Assembly: GCA_963749495.1 (NCBI GenBank)
Contig: CAVVMW010000006.1
Span: 160,001-224,000 of the forward strand
DNA from: an uncultured bacterium
GTDB taxonomy: Bacteria; Verrucomicrobiota; Verrucomicrobiia; Limisphaerales; UBA8199
Direction: 5' to 3'
DNA: 64,000 nt
This document shows positions 50,707 to 60,146 of this stretch, one piece after another. How positions within the stretch are numbered: position 1 is the stretch's first letter; each line of letters starts with the position of its first letter. The position numbers and the translations under genes are program-made. The notes below the pieces were generated by a model. The model saw nothing but the letters and a program-made list of their open reading frames with translations. It was not told where the DNA came from and searched no databases.

Positions 50707-51152
50707 CATGGCGCAGGTTTGGAAATCTGCGCCGCAGCCTGGGCTCGCCCAGCACCCTCGGAACCGGCCAGTGGACGCTTCCAGATCGGCACCACGCGTT
50801 TCATCTCCTCGATGAGCCATTGGCAGGCGGCAAAGGCCTCGCCGCGGTGCGGGGCGACGATTTCGACCCAGAGCGAGGGCTCGTTCACCGTCACCACCCC
50901 GACTCGATGTGCCAGACGCACCGATTCCACAGGCCAGCGCCTGGCCATCTCGTCGAAGAGCCGTCCGAACTGGCGCTCGGCCATCCGCTGGAAAGACTCA
51001 TATTCAAGGGCCGTGATGGCCGCCCCTTCCTCGCTCCCGCGCACCAGGCCCACAAAGGACACAACCGCGCCCATGGCGCTGGACGCCGAGCGCCGGGCCG
51101 CCAGGGCCGCCTCATCGATCGGTTTCTCGGTCAGGATCAACTCCCGTCTCAT
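50706..51152 (-). CDS. moaE: Molybdopterin synthase catalytic subunit
   Basis: GAVVSFVGLVR, LEYESF, HRVG, APHRGEAF and KRVVPIWK. Confidence 0.9.
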   Translation of the reverse strand: MRRELILTEKPIDEAALAARRSASSAMGAVVSFVGLVRGSEEGAAITALEYESFQRMAERQFGRLFDEMARRWPVESVRLAHRVGVVTVNEPSLWVEIVAPHRGEAFAACQWLIEEMKRVVPIWKRPLAGSEGAGRAQAAAQISKPAP

Positions 51153-51189
51153 CTCGTCGCCCCCCCAGTTCTTCGTTCGAGCCTCTGCC

Positions 51190-51258
51190 TTCGTCATTCG
51201 TCATTCGTCATTCCGTTCTTCCGTCTTCCGTCCTCCGTCCTCCGTCCTCCGCCTTCCG
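51190..51258. repeat. Heptamer tandem repeats
   Basis: TTCGTCA x3, then about 5 TCCGTC(C/T) units, between moaD and moaE. Confidence 0.85.
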
Positions 51259-51269
51259 CCCCGCGCCCC

Positions 51270-51515
51270 TCACCCGCCCTGCACCGGTGGAAAGAGCGAA
51301 ATCTCATCGCCCTCCTTGAGCACGCAACTGCGGTCCTGGTACTCCAGGCCCACGGCCGTCAGGGTGGACTTCTCCATGGCGCCCAGCTTTGGAAATCGCG
51401 TGGCCAAGGCCCTCAGCAAGTCGCCCAGCGTCGCGCCGCTGGGCAGCGTCTCCTGGGTCCGGGCGCAGCCGGCCAGGTCCTTGAAATAGGAATAGAAGCA
51501 AACCGTGACGGACAT
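51270..51515 (-). CDS. moaD: Molybdopterin synthase sulfur carrier (MoaD/ThiS family)
   Basis: 81 aa ending LKEGDEISLFPPVQGG, next to moaE. Confidence 0.9.
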   Translation of the reverse strand: MSVTVCFYSYFKDLAGCARTQETLPSGATLGDLLRALATRFPKLGAMEKSTLTAVGLEYQDRSCVLKEGDEISLFPPVQGG

Positions 51516-51604
51516 GGCCCATAAAAGTAAGCGCGGTCCGCAAGCCGGGAAAGCCAAAAGGGACGGTTCGACCGGTCCGACGGGTCCGACCAAATCTAAC
51601 CACC

Positions 51605-51726
51605 CAACATTGGCACAACCTTTGTCGCGGCCTTTGTCGCCTCCTTTGTTGACAAGCGGGGCATTCGACAAAGGCCGCGACAAAGGCCGCGACGAAGGTC
51701 CAAAACCCGCATGGCTGTGCCAATGT
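51605..51726. repeat. Family B MITE-like element
   Basis: ACATTGGCACA / TGTGCCAATGT TIR with the mirrored CCTTTGTCG array. Confidence 0.85.
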
Positions 51727-51774
51727 CAATTGTTCCGATTTACTCCTACGCTGGCCCTCTGCCGCAGGCCGCCC

Positions 51775-52397
51775 TCAGGATGCGCGCCCTGGGCCGGCCT
51801 GGCCGAGGGGTCTATAGATGTGGGGGCGCAGCACGCCCACGAAAGGCAGATTGCGGTAGCGCTCGGCGAAATCCAGCCCATAGCCCACTACAAAGAAATC
51901 GGGAATTTCGAACCCGGCATAGTCAGCCTGGATTTTCTCGACCCGGTGGGCCGCCTTGTTGAGCAGAACGCACGTGCGGATGCGGCGTGGTCCCAGGGCC
52001 GGAGTTTGGCCCGCACCCGCCAGAGCGTCTTGCCGGTGTCCAGGATGTCGTCCACCAGCAGCACGTCGCGTCCGCGCACATCCAGCCGCAATTCCTTCGT
52101 GAAGACCAGGTCGCCGGATTCGGTGCCGGCGCCGTAACTGGAGACTCCGATGAAATCCAGCCGCAAGGGCAGCGACAAGTGCCGAATCAAATCCGCCAGG
52201 AACAGGACCGTGCCGTTGAGCAGGGAGACGATGACCAGCTCGCGTCCTGCGAAATCGCGCTGGATTTGGCGCGACATCGCCCGGATGCGGCGCGCTATCT
52301 GGCCCTCGGTAATGAGGATGCGTTCCAGGTCGTTGCGCCAGCGCGGGGGCACGCCCGCGCTCGGGTCCGGCCGCAAGAGAATGCCGCGTCTTCGCAC
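51775..52397 (-). CDS. hpt: Hypoxanthine phosphoribosyltransferase; frameshift near 51990
   Basis: [14 protein letters not shown] (PRPP motif), then [22 protein letters not shown] in the shifted frame. Confidence 0.88.
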
Positions 52398-52459
52398 AAG
52401 ACCGGCATACTAAGGCCCCCGCCCCGGTTGCCGAGCAATTTCTTTTGCGAAGGCGCCGC

Positions 52460-52486
52460 TAAAGTCCTGCGCCGCCCTGCCGATAG
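52460..52486 (+). promoter_or_regulatory. Sigma28 promoter of flagellin 2
   Basis: TAAA-N15-GCCGATAG. Confidence 0.85.
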
Positions 52487-52500
52487 ATCACCAGCAGAAC

Positions 52501-52625
52501 AGGCGGCCGGCAGCCTCAAAAGCCCGGCAAGGACAACGGCGGGTGCCTTAAAATCCGCCTCGCGGCATGGAAGCCGTTAAAGAACAGAAAATCCCCGCTA
52601 GGGGTGACTCATGGAAGGAGTCAGT
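52501..52625 (+). promoter_or_regulatory. Second copy of the flagellin leader
   Basis: CGGC-ATGGAA-GCCG and TGACTC-ATGGAAG-GAGTCA. Confidence 0.7.
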
Positions 52626-53434
52626 ATGGTAATCAATACAAACATCGCGGCTGAGAGCAGTGCCTCACTGCTGGCGGCATCGTCCTCCAACTTGGCCAAA
52701 TCACTGCAGCGCCTCTCGTCCGGCTCGAAGATCATTTCGCCGCAGGACGACGCCGCAGGGCTCGCAATGTCAATTCATTTCGACGCCCAATCCACCCGCA
52801 TCAGTGCGGCCTCCACTAACGTCAGCAACGCCATCTCCTACACTCAGACCCAGGATGGCTTCCTGCAGCAAGTCTCCAACGCCCTGAACCGGATGAGCGA
52901 ACTGGCCGTCAGGCGCAGGACATGACCAAGACCGACAGCGACCGGTCCTTGTACGACCAGGAGTTCCAGCAACTGGGCAGTTACATCAGCAGCGTCGCCA
53001 CAAAGGACTTCAATGGCGTGAGTCTCTTCGACAACACCGCCAAGAACGTCACCATCGACAGCAATGCGGCAACCTGGGGGATGAGCGGGATCAACATGGG
53101 GGCCGGCACCGCCTATGCCACGGCAGTGGGCGACAACATCGCCACCTCAGCCACGGCGCCCACGGCGCTGACGGCCGTCAAATTGGCCATCACCCAACTG
53201 GCCTCGGACCGCGCGACCATCGGCGCCAGCCTGGCGCGCTTGAACTACACCAGCGACCAGTTGACCGTTCAAAAGACCAACATTGACGCGGCCAACAGCA
53301 ATATCAAAGACGTGGACGTGGCCCAGGAGAGCACCAACTACGCGAAGCTCAACATCCTGGTCCAGTCCGGCACGGCCATGTTGGCGCAGGCCAACGCCAT
53401 GCCGCAATCGGTTCTCAAGCTCTTGGGCTACTAG
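52626..53434 (+). CDS. fliC: Flagellin 2; 1-base deletion near 52912
   Basis: Close paralog of flagellin 1; GTCAGCGCTCAG in copy 1 reads GTCAGGCGCAG here. Confidence 0.9.
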
Positions 53435-53468
53435 GTTGGTCCCACAAGAGCCCCTCTGTGCAGGGGCA

Positions 53469-53507
53469 GCCGGACAGCGTCGGGGGGCGCCGTCCGGCGC
53501 TTTTTTT
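53469..53507 (+). terminator. Intrinsic terminator after flagellin 2
   Basis: GCCGGACAGCGTC..GGCGCCGTCCGGC followed by a run of seven T. Confidence 0.85.
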
Positions 53508-53512
53508 GTGCC

Positions 53513-53540
53513 TCAAGTCCTCGCTCAGCCTGGCCGATAG
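53513..53540 (+). promoter_or_regulatory. Sigma28 promoter of the lipoprotein gene
   Basis: TCAA-N16-GCCGATAG, 7 nt before the GTG start. Confidence 0.65.
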
Positions 53541-53547
53541 ATGAATT

Positions 53548-54209
53548 GTGCTGGTCCGAGCTCTCATCCTGGCGGCGCTGCTCCCCGTGTTGGCGGGCGG
53601 GTGCTCGACGCCTCCCGCCCTGCGGCGGGCGCTGGTTGCGCCCTACAAACCTGTCAATGTCTATCAACGCCAGCCCACCCTGCCCCTGGCCATCCGCCGC
53701 GTGGCCGTCCTGCCTGTGGCGCGCGATGCCCAGGATGCCGACCAGGAGGCCGGGGCCAGATGCTCGAGCCGCTCTGGCAGGCCGAGTTGGTCAAACGCAA
53801 ACTCTTCGAGGTCGTCCCCGTCTCGCCCGAGGACCTCCGCGTCATGACTGGGCGCGCCGCATGGTCGGCCGAAGACAAATTGCCCCTGGACTTTTTCCAG
53901 CGTCTGGGCCAGGCCACCGGCTGCGACGCCGTCCTCTTTGCCCGGGTGACCGCCTTCCAGGCCTATCCGCCGCTGCGCACCGGCTGGCGGGCGCGCCTGG
54001 TCAATTGCAGCCACCGCCTGACCTGGTGGAGCGTGGATGAGATGTTCGACGCCGGCGCCACTGCGGTGGCCGTCGCTGCCGAGGCCTACGCTCGAGCGGA
54101 TTTGAACCTGCCCAACCCGTTGCTCAGCGACACCGGCGTGTTGCACTCGCCCCGCCGATTCGGCCAATACACCGCCTCCGCCGTTGCCGGCACGCTGCCG
54201 CGCCGCTGA
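53548..54209 (+). CDS. Lipoprotein, possibly CsgG/FlgO/GNA1162-like fold; frameshift near 53755
   Basis: Lipobox-like LAGGC, RRVAVLP, then ELVKRKLFEVV..GCDAVLFARVT..RARLV..WWS in the shifted frame. Confidence 0.65.
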
Positions 54210-54222
54210 CGTGATTTTGTGC

Positions 54223-54249
54223 TAAAGGTCCCCCGGATTCCGCCGATAA
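54223..54249 (+). promoter_or_regulatory. Sigma28 promoter of flgM
   Basis: TAAA-N15-GCCGATAA. Confidence 0.88.
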
Positions 54250-54291
54250 TCCGGGCAAGAGTGTCCGCCTGCCGTATCCAGTAGTTTAGTT

Positions 54292-54573
54292 ATGCGCGTG
54301 AACCCGAACAGTGAATTGCCCGGCGCGGCCCAAGTCCCGGCCCGCGCCCCGGTGCAGGCGCCGGCTCTTGGGCAGGACCATCTGGCGCTGAGCCAGGCCG
54401 AGGGCCTGAACCGTGCCTTGGACCAGACTCCAGCGGCGCGGCCCGAGGAAGTGGCCCGCGCCCAGAGCCTGGTTCAGGATCTCTCCTATCCGCCCATGGT
54501 GCTCATTCGAAAGATCTCCTCGCTCCTGGCCATTCACCTCCAGGCCCCAGACCCCTCTCAAAGCTCGGTTTGA
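54292..54573 (+). CDS. flgM: FlgM-like anti-sigma28 factor
   Basis: 93 aa, disordered N-terminus, DHLALS..TPAARPEEVARAQSLV..Y..KIS, sigma28 promoter and flagellar context. Confidence 0.7.
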   Translation: MRVNPNSELPGAAQVPARAPVQAPALGQDHLALSQAEGLNRALDQTPAARPEEVARAQSLVQDLSYPPMVLIRKISSLLAIHLQAPDPSQSSV

Positions 54574-54607
54574 CAAGGCACTCTGACCATCCGATACCCC
54601 CACCCCC

Positions 54608-55060
54608 ATGTATCCGACGAATCAGTCCGTACTCCCGCATTGTCTTCGCTCTTATCAAGCCGTGGCGGCCCAAACCGCATCCCCCGGCCAGTTGGTCGTG
54701 ATGCTCTATGACGGCGCCATCCGGTTTCTCGAACGAGCGCTGGCGGGCTTTGAGCACGACGACCCCCTCGAATTCAACCGGACGATCAACAACAACATCC
54801 TCCGCGCCCAGGAAATCATCAACGAGCTGGATGGTTCGCTGGACCTGGCCCAGGGCGGCCAACTGGCCGCCACCTTGCGCGGACTCTATAACTACATGAA
54901 CCGCCAGCTCATGCTCAGCAATACTCGCAAGACCCCGGATGGCATCCGTGACACGATCCACCGCCTGGCTGTCCTGCGCAACGCCTGGAGTGAGATGCTG
55001 CGTCGAGGCAACGCCGCCGCCCCCGCCGAGCGGTTCGAGCCCTTCGCGGCCGTGTCCTGA
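54608..55060 (+). CDS. fliS: Flagellin export chaperone
   Basis: TASPGQLVVMLYDGAIRFL..AQEIINEL..LRGLYNYM..LRNAW. Confidence 0.95.
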   Translation: MYPTNQSVLPHCLRSYQAVAAQTASPGQLVVMLYDGAIRFLERALAGFEHDDPLEFNRTINNNILRAQEIINELDGSLDLAQGGQLAATLRGLYNYMNRQLMLSNTRKTPDGIRDTIHRLAVLRNAWSEMLRRGNAAAPAERFEPFAAVS

Positions 55061-55093
55061 GCGTGCCTCCCGGATGGACCTCCAGGAGCAAGG

Positions 55094-55474
55094 ATGAATC
55101 CCGCTGCCCAACTGACCCGTCTCCTGGCTGAGTGGCATCGCCTGACCCAACTCGAGGGCCAGGCCATCCTGGGCGATGATTGGCGCGAGGCCGCCCGGCG
55201 CCAGCAGGAAAAGGCCCTGCTCTGCCCGGCCATCAACCAGGCCATCCAGGAGGTCTGCTCCATCCAACCCGGCGCCGACGCCATCACCGGCCCCTTCGGC
55301 CCCGCGGCCCGCAGGCTCGCCGTCCTGGAGGCCCGCAATCTGGAGGTCCTTCGCGCCAAGTGCCACCGCAAACGGGCCGAACTGGAAGGCCTGGGCCAAA
55401 CCAGCCGCAATCTCCAGGGCGTGCGCCGCGCCTACGGCGGCCCCGGCTCCCACCTCTGGCAGTCCTACTCGTAG
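55094..55474 (+). CDS. Small helical protein, FlgN/FliT-like chaperone
   Basis: All-helical pattern (EGQAILGDDW..QQEK..L..RNLE), directly after fliS. Confidence 0.55.
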   Translation: MNPAAQLTRLLAEWHRLTQLEGQAILGDDWREAARRQQEKALLCPAINQAIQEVCSIQPGADAITGPFGPAARRLAVLEARNLEVLRAKCHRKRAELEGLGQTSRNLQGVRRAYGGPGSHLWQSYS

Positions 55475-55525
55475 TTGGCCCCGGCGCCTTGCCTTGCCGG
55501 CCTGGCGGACATAGAATGAAAAGTC

Positions 55526-56518
55526 ATGAAAGCCGCGTACATTACCCAAACCGGTCCGCCCGAAGTCATCGTTTATGGCAACGTGCCGGACCCCAAACCC
55601 GGGCGCCGGCAATGTCTGGTCAAGGTGGGCGCCGTGGATGTGAACCCGATCGACACCTACATTCGCAGCGGGGCAGTGCGGGTGCCGATGACGTTCCCGT
55701 TCATCCTGGGCCGGGACCTGGCCGGGACGGTCATCGAGGCGGGAGCGGGCGTCAGGGGCCTCAAACCTGGCGACCGCGTCTGGGCCACTAGCCAGGGGAC
55801 AGAGGGACGGCCGGGGACCTTCGCTGAATTGGCCGCCGTGGAGGAGCGGTGGTTGAACCCGACCCCGCTTGGGGTGAGCGACCAGGAGATGGCTGCCCTC
55901 TCACTCGTCGCGGTGACCGCGCAGCTCGGCCTGGTGCGCTATGCCAACCTCAGACCGGGCGAGGTCCTCTTTGTCAATGGCGGCACCGGCGGCGTCGGTT
56001 CGTGCGTGGTCCAGATGGCGAAGATTCTCGGCGCTCGCGTCATCGCCACGGCCGGCACGGAACAGAAAGTCCGCGCCTGCCGCGAATTGGGCGCCGACCT
56101 GGCCATCCATTACAAGACCGAGGATGTCGATGCCGCCATCAGGGGTTTTGCCCCTGGCGGCGTCAATGTCTGGTGGGAAACCCTGCGCGAGCCGGACTTC
56201 GAACGCACCATCCCGTTGCTGGCCCTGCGGGGGCGGATGATCATCATGGCCGGACGCGAGGCGCGCCCCGTCTTCCCGGTTGGACCCTTTTACGTGAAGG
56301 ATTGCTCCCTCCACGGCTTCGCCATGTTCAATGCCGGCGCCCGTGAGCAGCGGTCCGCCGCCAATGCCATCAACCGCTGGCTGGCCGAGGGCAAGCTCAA
56401 GGCCCGCGTCAACCGCGTCCTGCCCCTCTCACAGACGGCCGACGCACACCGCTTGCAGGAAGAGAGCACCCTGCGCAAGAGCGGGGCCCTGGCCGGCAAG
56501 ATTGTGCTCAAGCCGTAA
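55526..56518 (+). CDS. NADPH:quinone reductase (MDR family)
   Basis: VNPIDTYIRSG, PFILGRDLAG and GGTGGVGS. Confidence 0.9.
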   Translation: MKAAYITQTGPPEVIVYGNVPDPKPGRRQCLVKVGAVDVNPIDTYIRSGAVRVPMTFPFILGRDLAGTVIEAGAGVRGLKPGDRVWATSQGTEGRPGTFAELAAVEERWLNPTPLGVSDQEMAALSLVAVTAQLGLVRYANLRPGEVLFVNGGTGGVGSCVVQMAKILGARVIATAGTEQKVRACRELGADLAIHYKTEDVDAAIRGFAPGGVNVWWETLREPDFERTIPLLALRGRMIIMAGREARPVFPVGPFYVKDCSLHGFAMFNAGAREQRSAANAINRWLAEGKLKARVNRVLPLSQTADAHRLQEESTLRKSGALAGKIVLKP

Positions 56519-56521
56519 AAA

Positions 56522-56785
56522 AAGCTAAATGCTGAAGGCTAAAGGCTAAAGGCTAAAGAAAAGGCTAAAGGCTAAAGGCTAAAGGCTAAAGTGCCGAAGG
56601 GGGGCGAGAAAAGGCTGAAGGCTAAAGGCTAAAGGCTAAAGGCGGGCCTTGCTTCGTCCCTTGTGTCGCTTGGGTCCCTTTTGTCCCTGAAAACCATGCT
56701 TCCTCAGAGACGCAACCACTTTCCTCTCCATTCCTGCCCCTTCGGCACTTTAGCCTTCAGCCTTCAGCCTTCAGCCTTTTCTTTT
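56522..56785. repeat. GGCTAAA/GGCTGAA heptamer arrays with an inverted array
   Basis: About 12 GGCT(A/G)AA units at 56522-56642 and TT(T/C)AGCC x4 at 56749-56776, bracketed by GTGCCGAAGGGG / CCCCTTCGGCAC. Confidence 0.9.
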
Positions 56786-56790
56786 CGCCC

Positions 56791-56830
56791 TGTGCGTCCA
56801 AACGCACAGGGGTGTGCGTCCAAACGCACA
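56791..56830. promoter_or_regulatory. Tandem palindromic site
   Basis: TGTGCGT-CCAA-ACGCACA twice at 22-bp period. Confidence 0.5.
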
Positions 56831-57134
56831 GTTGGCAGGACAAGCATCGATGATAGAAGGACATTAGTGACCACGCATGCTGGTTGTGAGTGGTCCAAGA
56901 CGGGGCTGGGGGTGTAAAATACACGCCTGGCAACTGGGAATTGAACTGGCATCCCCCAGCCCCGCAAATCCTCCCTCAGACTGACCTTGGAGGCAGAAGG
57001 TTCCTCCGGCCTCGCGCAGGGCGATGCGTTCGGGCTCGATGGCGGCCCCCAACTGTTGCACCGGTTTTTAAATGCCAGGATGGAGCACACAAAACCGGTG
57101 CCTGAGCCCAAGCCGGAAACCGCGCGCAAGAGGA

Positions 57135-57162
57135 TTGACAACGGACCTGGGGCTACTACTCT
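57135..57162 (+). promoter_or_regulatory. Possible sigma70 promoter of the pil operon
   Basis: TTGACA-N16-TACTCT, about 48 bp before pilB. Confidence 0.45.
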
Positions 57163-57209
57163 GTTGCAGAGCTTCTCACGAAGGTCGTGTGGAGTTTGAC
57201 AAACGAGCC

Positions 57210-58937
57210 ATGGCAGAAAAAGACGATTATCTGGTAGATATTTTGGTGGACCTTGGCTTGGTCACTCCGGACCAGGTGGCGGCGCATCGCACCGAGGCCC
57301 AGGCCGCCGGGGTGGGCGTGGTCGATTTGATGGTGGCCAACAAGGTCATCCGCCCTGCGGATGTGACCCAGGCCAAGGCGGCGCATTTCGGGGCGGAGGT
57401 GGTCAACCTGGCCGACATCAAGATCGATGACGAGGTCATCGCGGCGGTCCCGCGCCACATCGCGCGCAAGTACCGCGTCGTGCCCGTCTTCAAACACGAG
57501 GACAACCTCACCGTGGCGCTGTCGGACCCCTCCGACCTGGACACGATCGACAGCCTCACGCACCTGCTGCACGCCCAGGTGGATTTGCGAGTGGCCTCGG
57601 ATGCGGACATCGAGGCCGCCCTCAACAAATATTACGGGGGCGACAGAGGGGGGTCGCGCGCCATGATGGCCTCGGACCCCAAGCTGGCGCAGACGATCAA
57701 AGAGCTGACCGAGGAACACGTCCAGGTCGATGCCGGCGCCGCCGCCGACGGTTCGGTCGTGGATGCCGACGCCCCGCTGATCAAGCTGGTCAACGGCATG
57801 ATTACCGAGGCCTTCCGTATGCGCGCCTCGGACATCCACCTGGAGCCCCTGCCCAAGACCTTCCGCGTCCGCTACCGCATTGACGGCATGCTGCACGAGA
57901 TCAAGCCCCCGCCCAAGCGCCTCCAGGCCGCAATCATCAGCCGCCTCAAGATCCAGTCCAACATGTCCATCTCCGAGCACCGCGTGCCCCAGGATGGCCG
58001 TATCCAGACCAGCGTCGGCAACAAGCTCATCGACCTGCGCGTCTCCTGCCTGCCCACCAATCACGGCGAGAGCATCGTTATGCGTATCCTGGACAAAGAG
58101 GGCCTGCGCCTGGGCCTGCCGGAACTGGGCTTTTTCACCGACGACCAGCAGACCTTCGAGCGCCTCATCGGCCTGCCCGACGGCATCCTCCTGGTCACCG
58201 GCCCGACCGGCTCGGGCAAGACCACCACCCTTTACTCCTGCCTCCATTTCATCAACCGGCCCGACCGCAAGATCATCACCGTGGAGGACCCGGTCGAGTA
58301 CATCCTGGCGGGCATCAACCAGGTGCAGGTCAACGAGGCGGTGGGCCTGACGTTTGCCGCGGCCCTGCGCTCGATCCTGCGCCAGGCCCCCAACGTCATC
58401 ATGATCGGGGAAATCCGCGACCTGGAGACCGCCAACATCGCCATCAATGCCTCGCTGACGGGGCACCTGGTCTTCTCGACCCTGCACACCAACGACGCCC
58501 CCAGCGCCGTGACCCGGCTGATCGATATCGGGGTCAAGCCCTTCCTGGTGGCCTCCTCGACGCGCGGGCTGATGGCCCAACGGCTGGTGCGCCGGGTCTG
58601 TAAACAGTGCGCCGTCCCCACCATGCCCACCGAGGCGGAGATGCGCAGCCTGGGCCTGGACGCCACCAGTAGCCAGGGCGCCAACTTCGTCAAGGGCAAG
58701 GGCTGCCCCAACTGCAACAACACCGGCTACCGCGGCCGCTTTGGCATCTTCGAGATCTTCATCATCGATGACGAGGCCCGCAAGCTGGTCTATGAAAAGG
58801 TGCCCTCCTCCGTCCTGCGGGCGCGGGCGCGCGAGATGGGGATGCGCACCCTGCGCGAGGACGGAGTCCGAAAAGTGCTGGCGGGCCTGACCACGCCCGA
58901 TGAGGTCATCCGCGCCACCATCGGTGACGAGGCCTAG
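57210..58937 (+). CDS. pilB: GspE/PilB assembly ATPase
   Basis: [44 protein letters not shown] and a tetracysteine motif. Confidence 0.92.
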   Translation: MAEKDDYLVDILVDLGLVTPDQVAAHRTEAQAAGVGVVDLMVANKVIRPADVTQAKAAHFGAEVVNLADIKIDDEVIAAVPRHIARKYRVVPVFKHEDNLTVALSDPSDLDTIDSLTHLLHAQVDLRVASDADIEAALNKYYGGDRGGSRAMMASDPKLAQTIKELTEEHVQVDAGAAADGSVVDADAPLIKLVNGMITEAFRMRASDIHLEPLPKTFRVRYRIDGMLHEIKPPPKRLQAAIISRLKIQSNMSISEHRVPQDGRIQTSVGNKLIDLRVSCLPTNHGESIVMRILDKEGLRLGLPELGFFTDDQQTFERLIGLPDGILLVTGPTGSGKTTTLYSCLHFINRPDRKIITVEDPVEYILAGINQVQVNEAVGLTFAAALRSILRQAPNVIMIGEIRDLETANIAINASLTGHLVFSTLHTNDAPSAVTRLIDIGVKPFLVASSTRGLMAQRLVRRVCKQCAVPTMPTEAEMRSLGLDATSSQGANFVKGKGCPNCNNTGYRGRFGIFEIFIIDDEARKLVYEKVPSSVLRARAREMGMRTLREDGVRKVLAGLTTPDEVIRATIGDEA

Positions 58938-59008
58938 GCGTGAGGATTCTGCTTCACGGCGGTCCAATTTCCTGGTTATCATGACCTCCTGATTGAACGG
59001 ACGCGCGC

Positions 59009-60130
59009 ATGTCGTACTCAATGTCTGATTTATTGCAGTTGGTGGTCTCGGAAGGGGCCTCCGACCTTCACGTTGCTGTCAACACGCCCCCCACCATCCG
59101 GGTCCACGGCATCCTCCACCGCGTCGAGGGCCCCGTCCTCAAGCCGGAGGATTCCGAGGACCTGATGCGCAGCATCACCTCCGAAGACAACATCCAGCAC
59201 GTCCGCGAGCGCGGCGGCGCCGACTTCGGCTTCGCCTTTGGCGACCTGGCGCGGTTCCGGGTGAGCGTTTTCAAGGAGAGGGGCAATTTCGGCATTTCCA
59301 TGCGGCAGATCCCCAACAAGCTGCTGACGATGGAGCAGATCGGCCTGCCGCCTTCGGCCAAGGAACTGCTCTACAAACCGCGCGGCCTGGTGCTGGTGAC
59401 GGGCCCCACCGGGTCGGGCAAGACCACCACCCTGGCCTCGATGATCGATATCATCAACATGGAGCGGGACGAGGCGCACATCATTACCATCGAAGACCCG
59501 ATCGAGTATTATCACACGCACAAGAAGGCCCTGGTGACCCAGCGCGAGATCGGGGTGGACGTGCCCAACTTCGCCGAGGCGCTGCGGCGCGCGCTGCGGC
59601 AGGACCCCGACGTGATCCTGGTCGGTGAGATGCGCGACCTGGAGACCATTGATGCCGCCATCACGGCCGCCGAGACGGGGCACCTGGTCTTTGGCACGCT
59701 GCACACGACCGGCGCAGCCAAGACCATCGACCGCATAGTCAACGCCTTTCCCAGCAACCAGCAGGAGCAGATCCGCATCCAGCTCTCGACGGTGCTGCAG
59801 GCGGTGATCTCGCAGTTGCTCATCCCGCGCGTGGACAAACCGGGGCGGGTGGCGATCTTCGAGATCATGGTCAACACCCCCTCCATCGCCGCCCTCATCC
59901 GCGACAACAAGACCTTCCGGGTGCAGTCGGACATCCAGACCGGGGCCAAGTACGGCATGGTGACTCTCGACAGCTTCCTGATCGATAAATACCTGGCCGG
60001 CATGATTGCGCGCGAAGAGGTCGTGACCAAGGCCCAGGACCCGGTCACCATCCAGGCCAAACTCCAGGAACTGGAGCTTGCCCAGGCCGTCGGGGCCGAA
60101 ACCGCGGGCCTGGTCGAGGGCAAGACCTGA
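59009..60130 (+). CDS. pilT: Type IV pilus retraction ATPase
   Basis: [40 protein letters not shown] and IAALIRD. Confidence 0.95.
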   Translation: MSYSMSDLLQLVVSEGASDLHVAVNTPPTIRVHGILHRVEGPVLKPEDSEDLMRSITSEDNIQHVRERGGADFGFAFGDLARFRVSVFKERGNFGISMRQIPNKLLTMEQIGLPPSAKELLYKPRGLVLVTGPTGSGKTTTLASMIDIINMERDEAHIITIEDPIEYYHTHKKALVTQREIGVDVPNFAEALRRALRQDPDVILVGEMRDLETIDAAITAAETGHLVFGTLHTTGAAKTIDRIVNAFPSNQQEQIRIQLSTVLQAVISQLLIPRVDKPGRVAIFEIMVNTPSIAALIRDNKTFRVQSDIQTGAKYGMVTLDSFLIDKYLAGMIAREEVVTKAQDPVTIQAKLQELELAQAVGAETAGLVEGKT

Positions 60131-60146
60131 CCCCAATAGACCCCCT

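Noticed and set aside
52900..52925. Programmed frameshift or phase variation of flagellin 2
   Set aside because: No slippery sequence or homopolymer at the site; it matches the window-wide indel pattern.
54573..54597. Seventh sigma28 promoter before fliS (ACAA..TCCGATAC)
   Set aside because: Both boxes are degenerate and the spacer is only 13 nt.
56830..57060. c-di-GMP riboswitch, SRP, RNase P or 6S RNA
   Set aside because: None of the diagnostic motifs could be found by eye on either strand.
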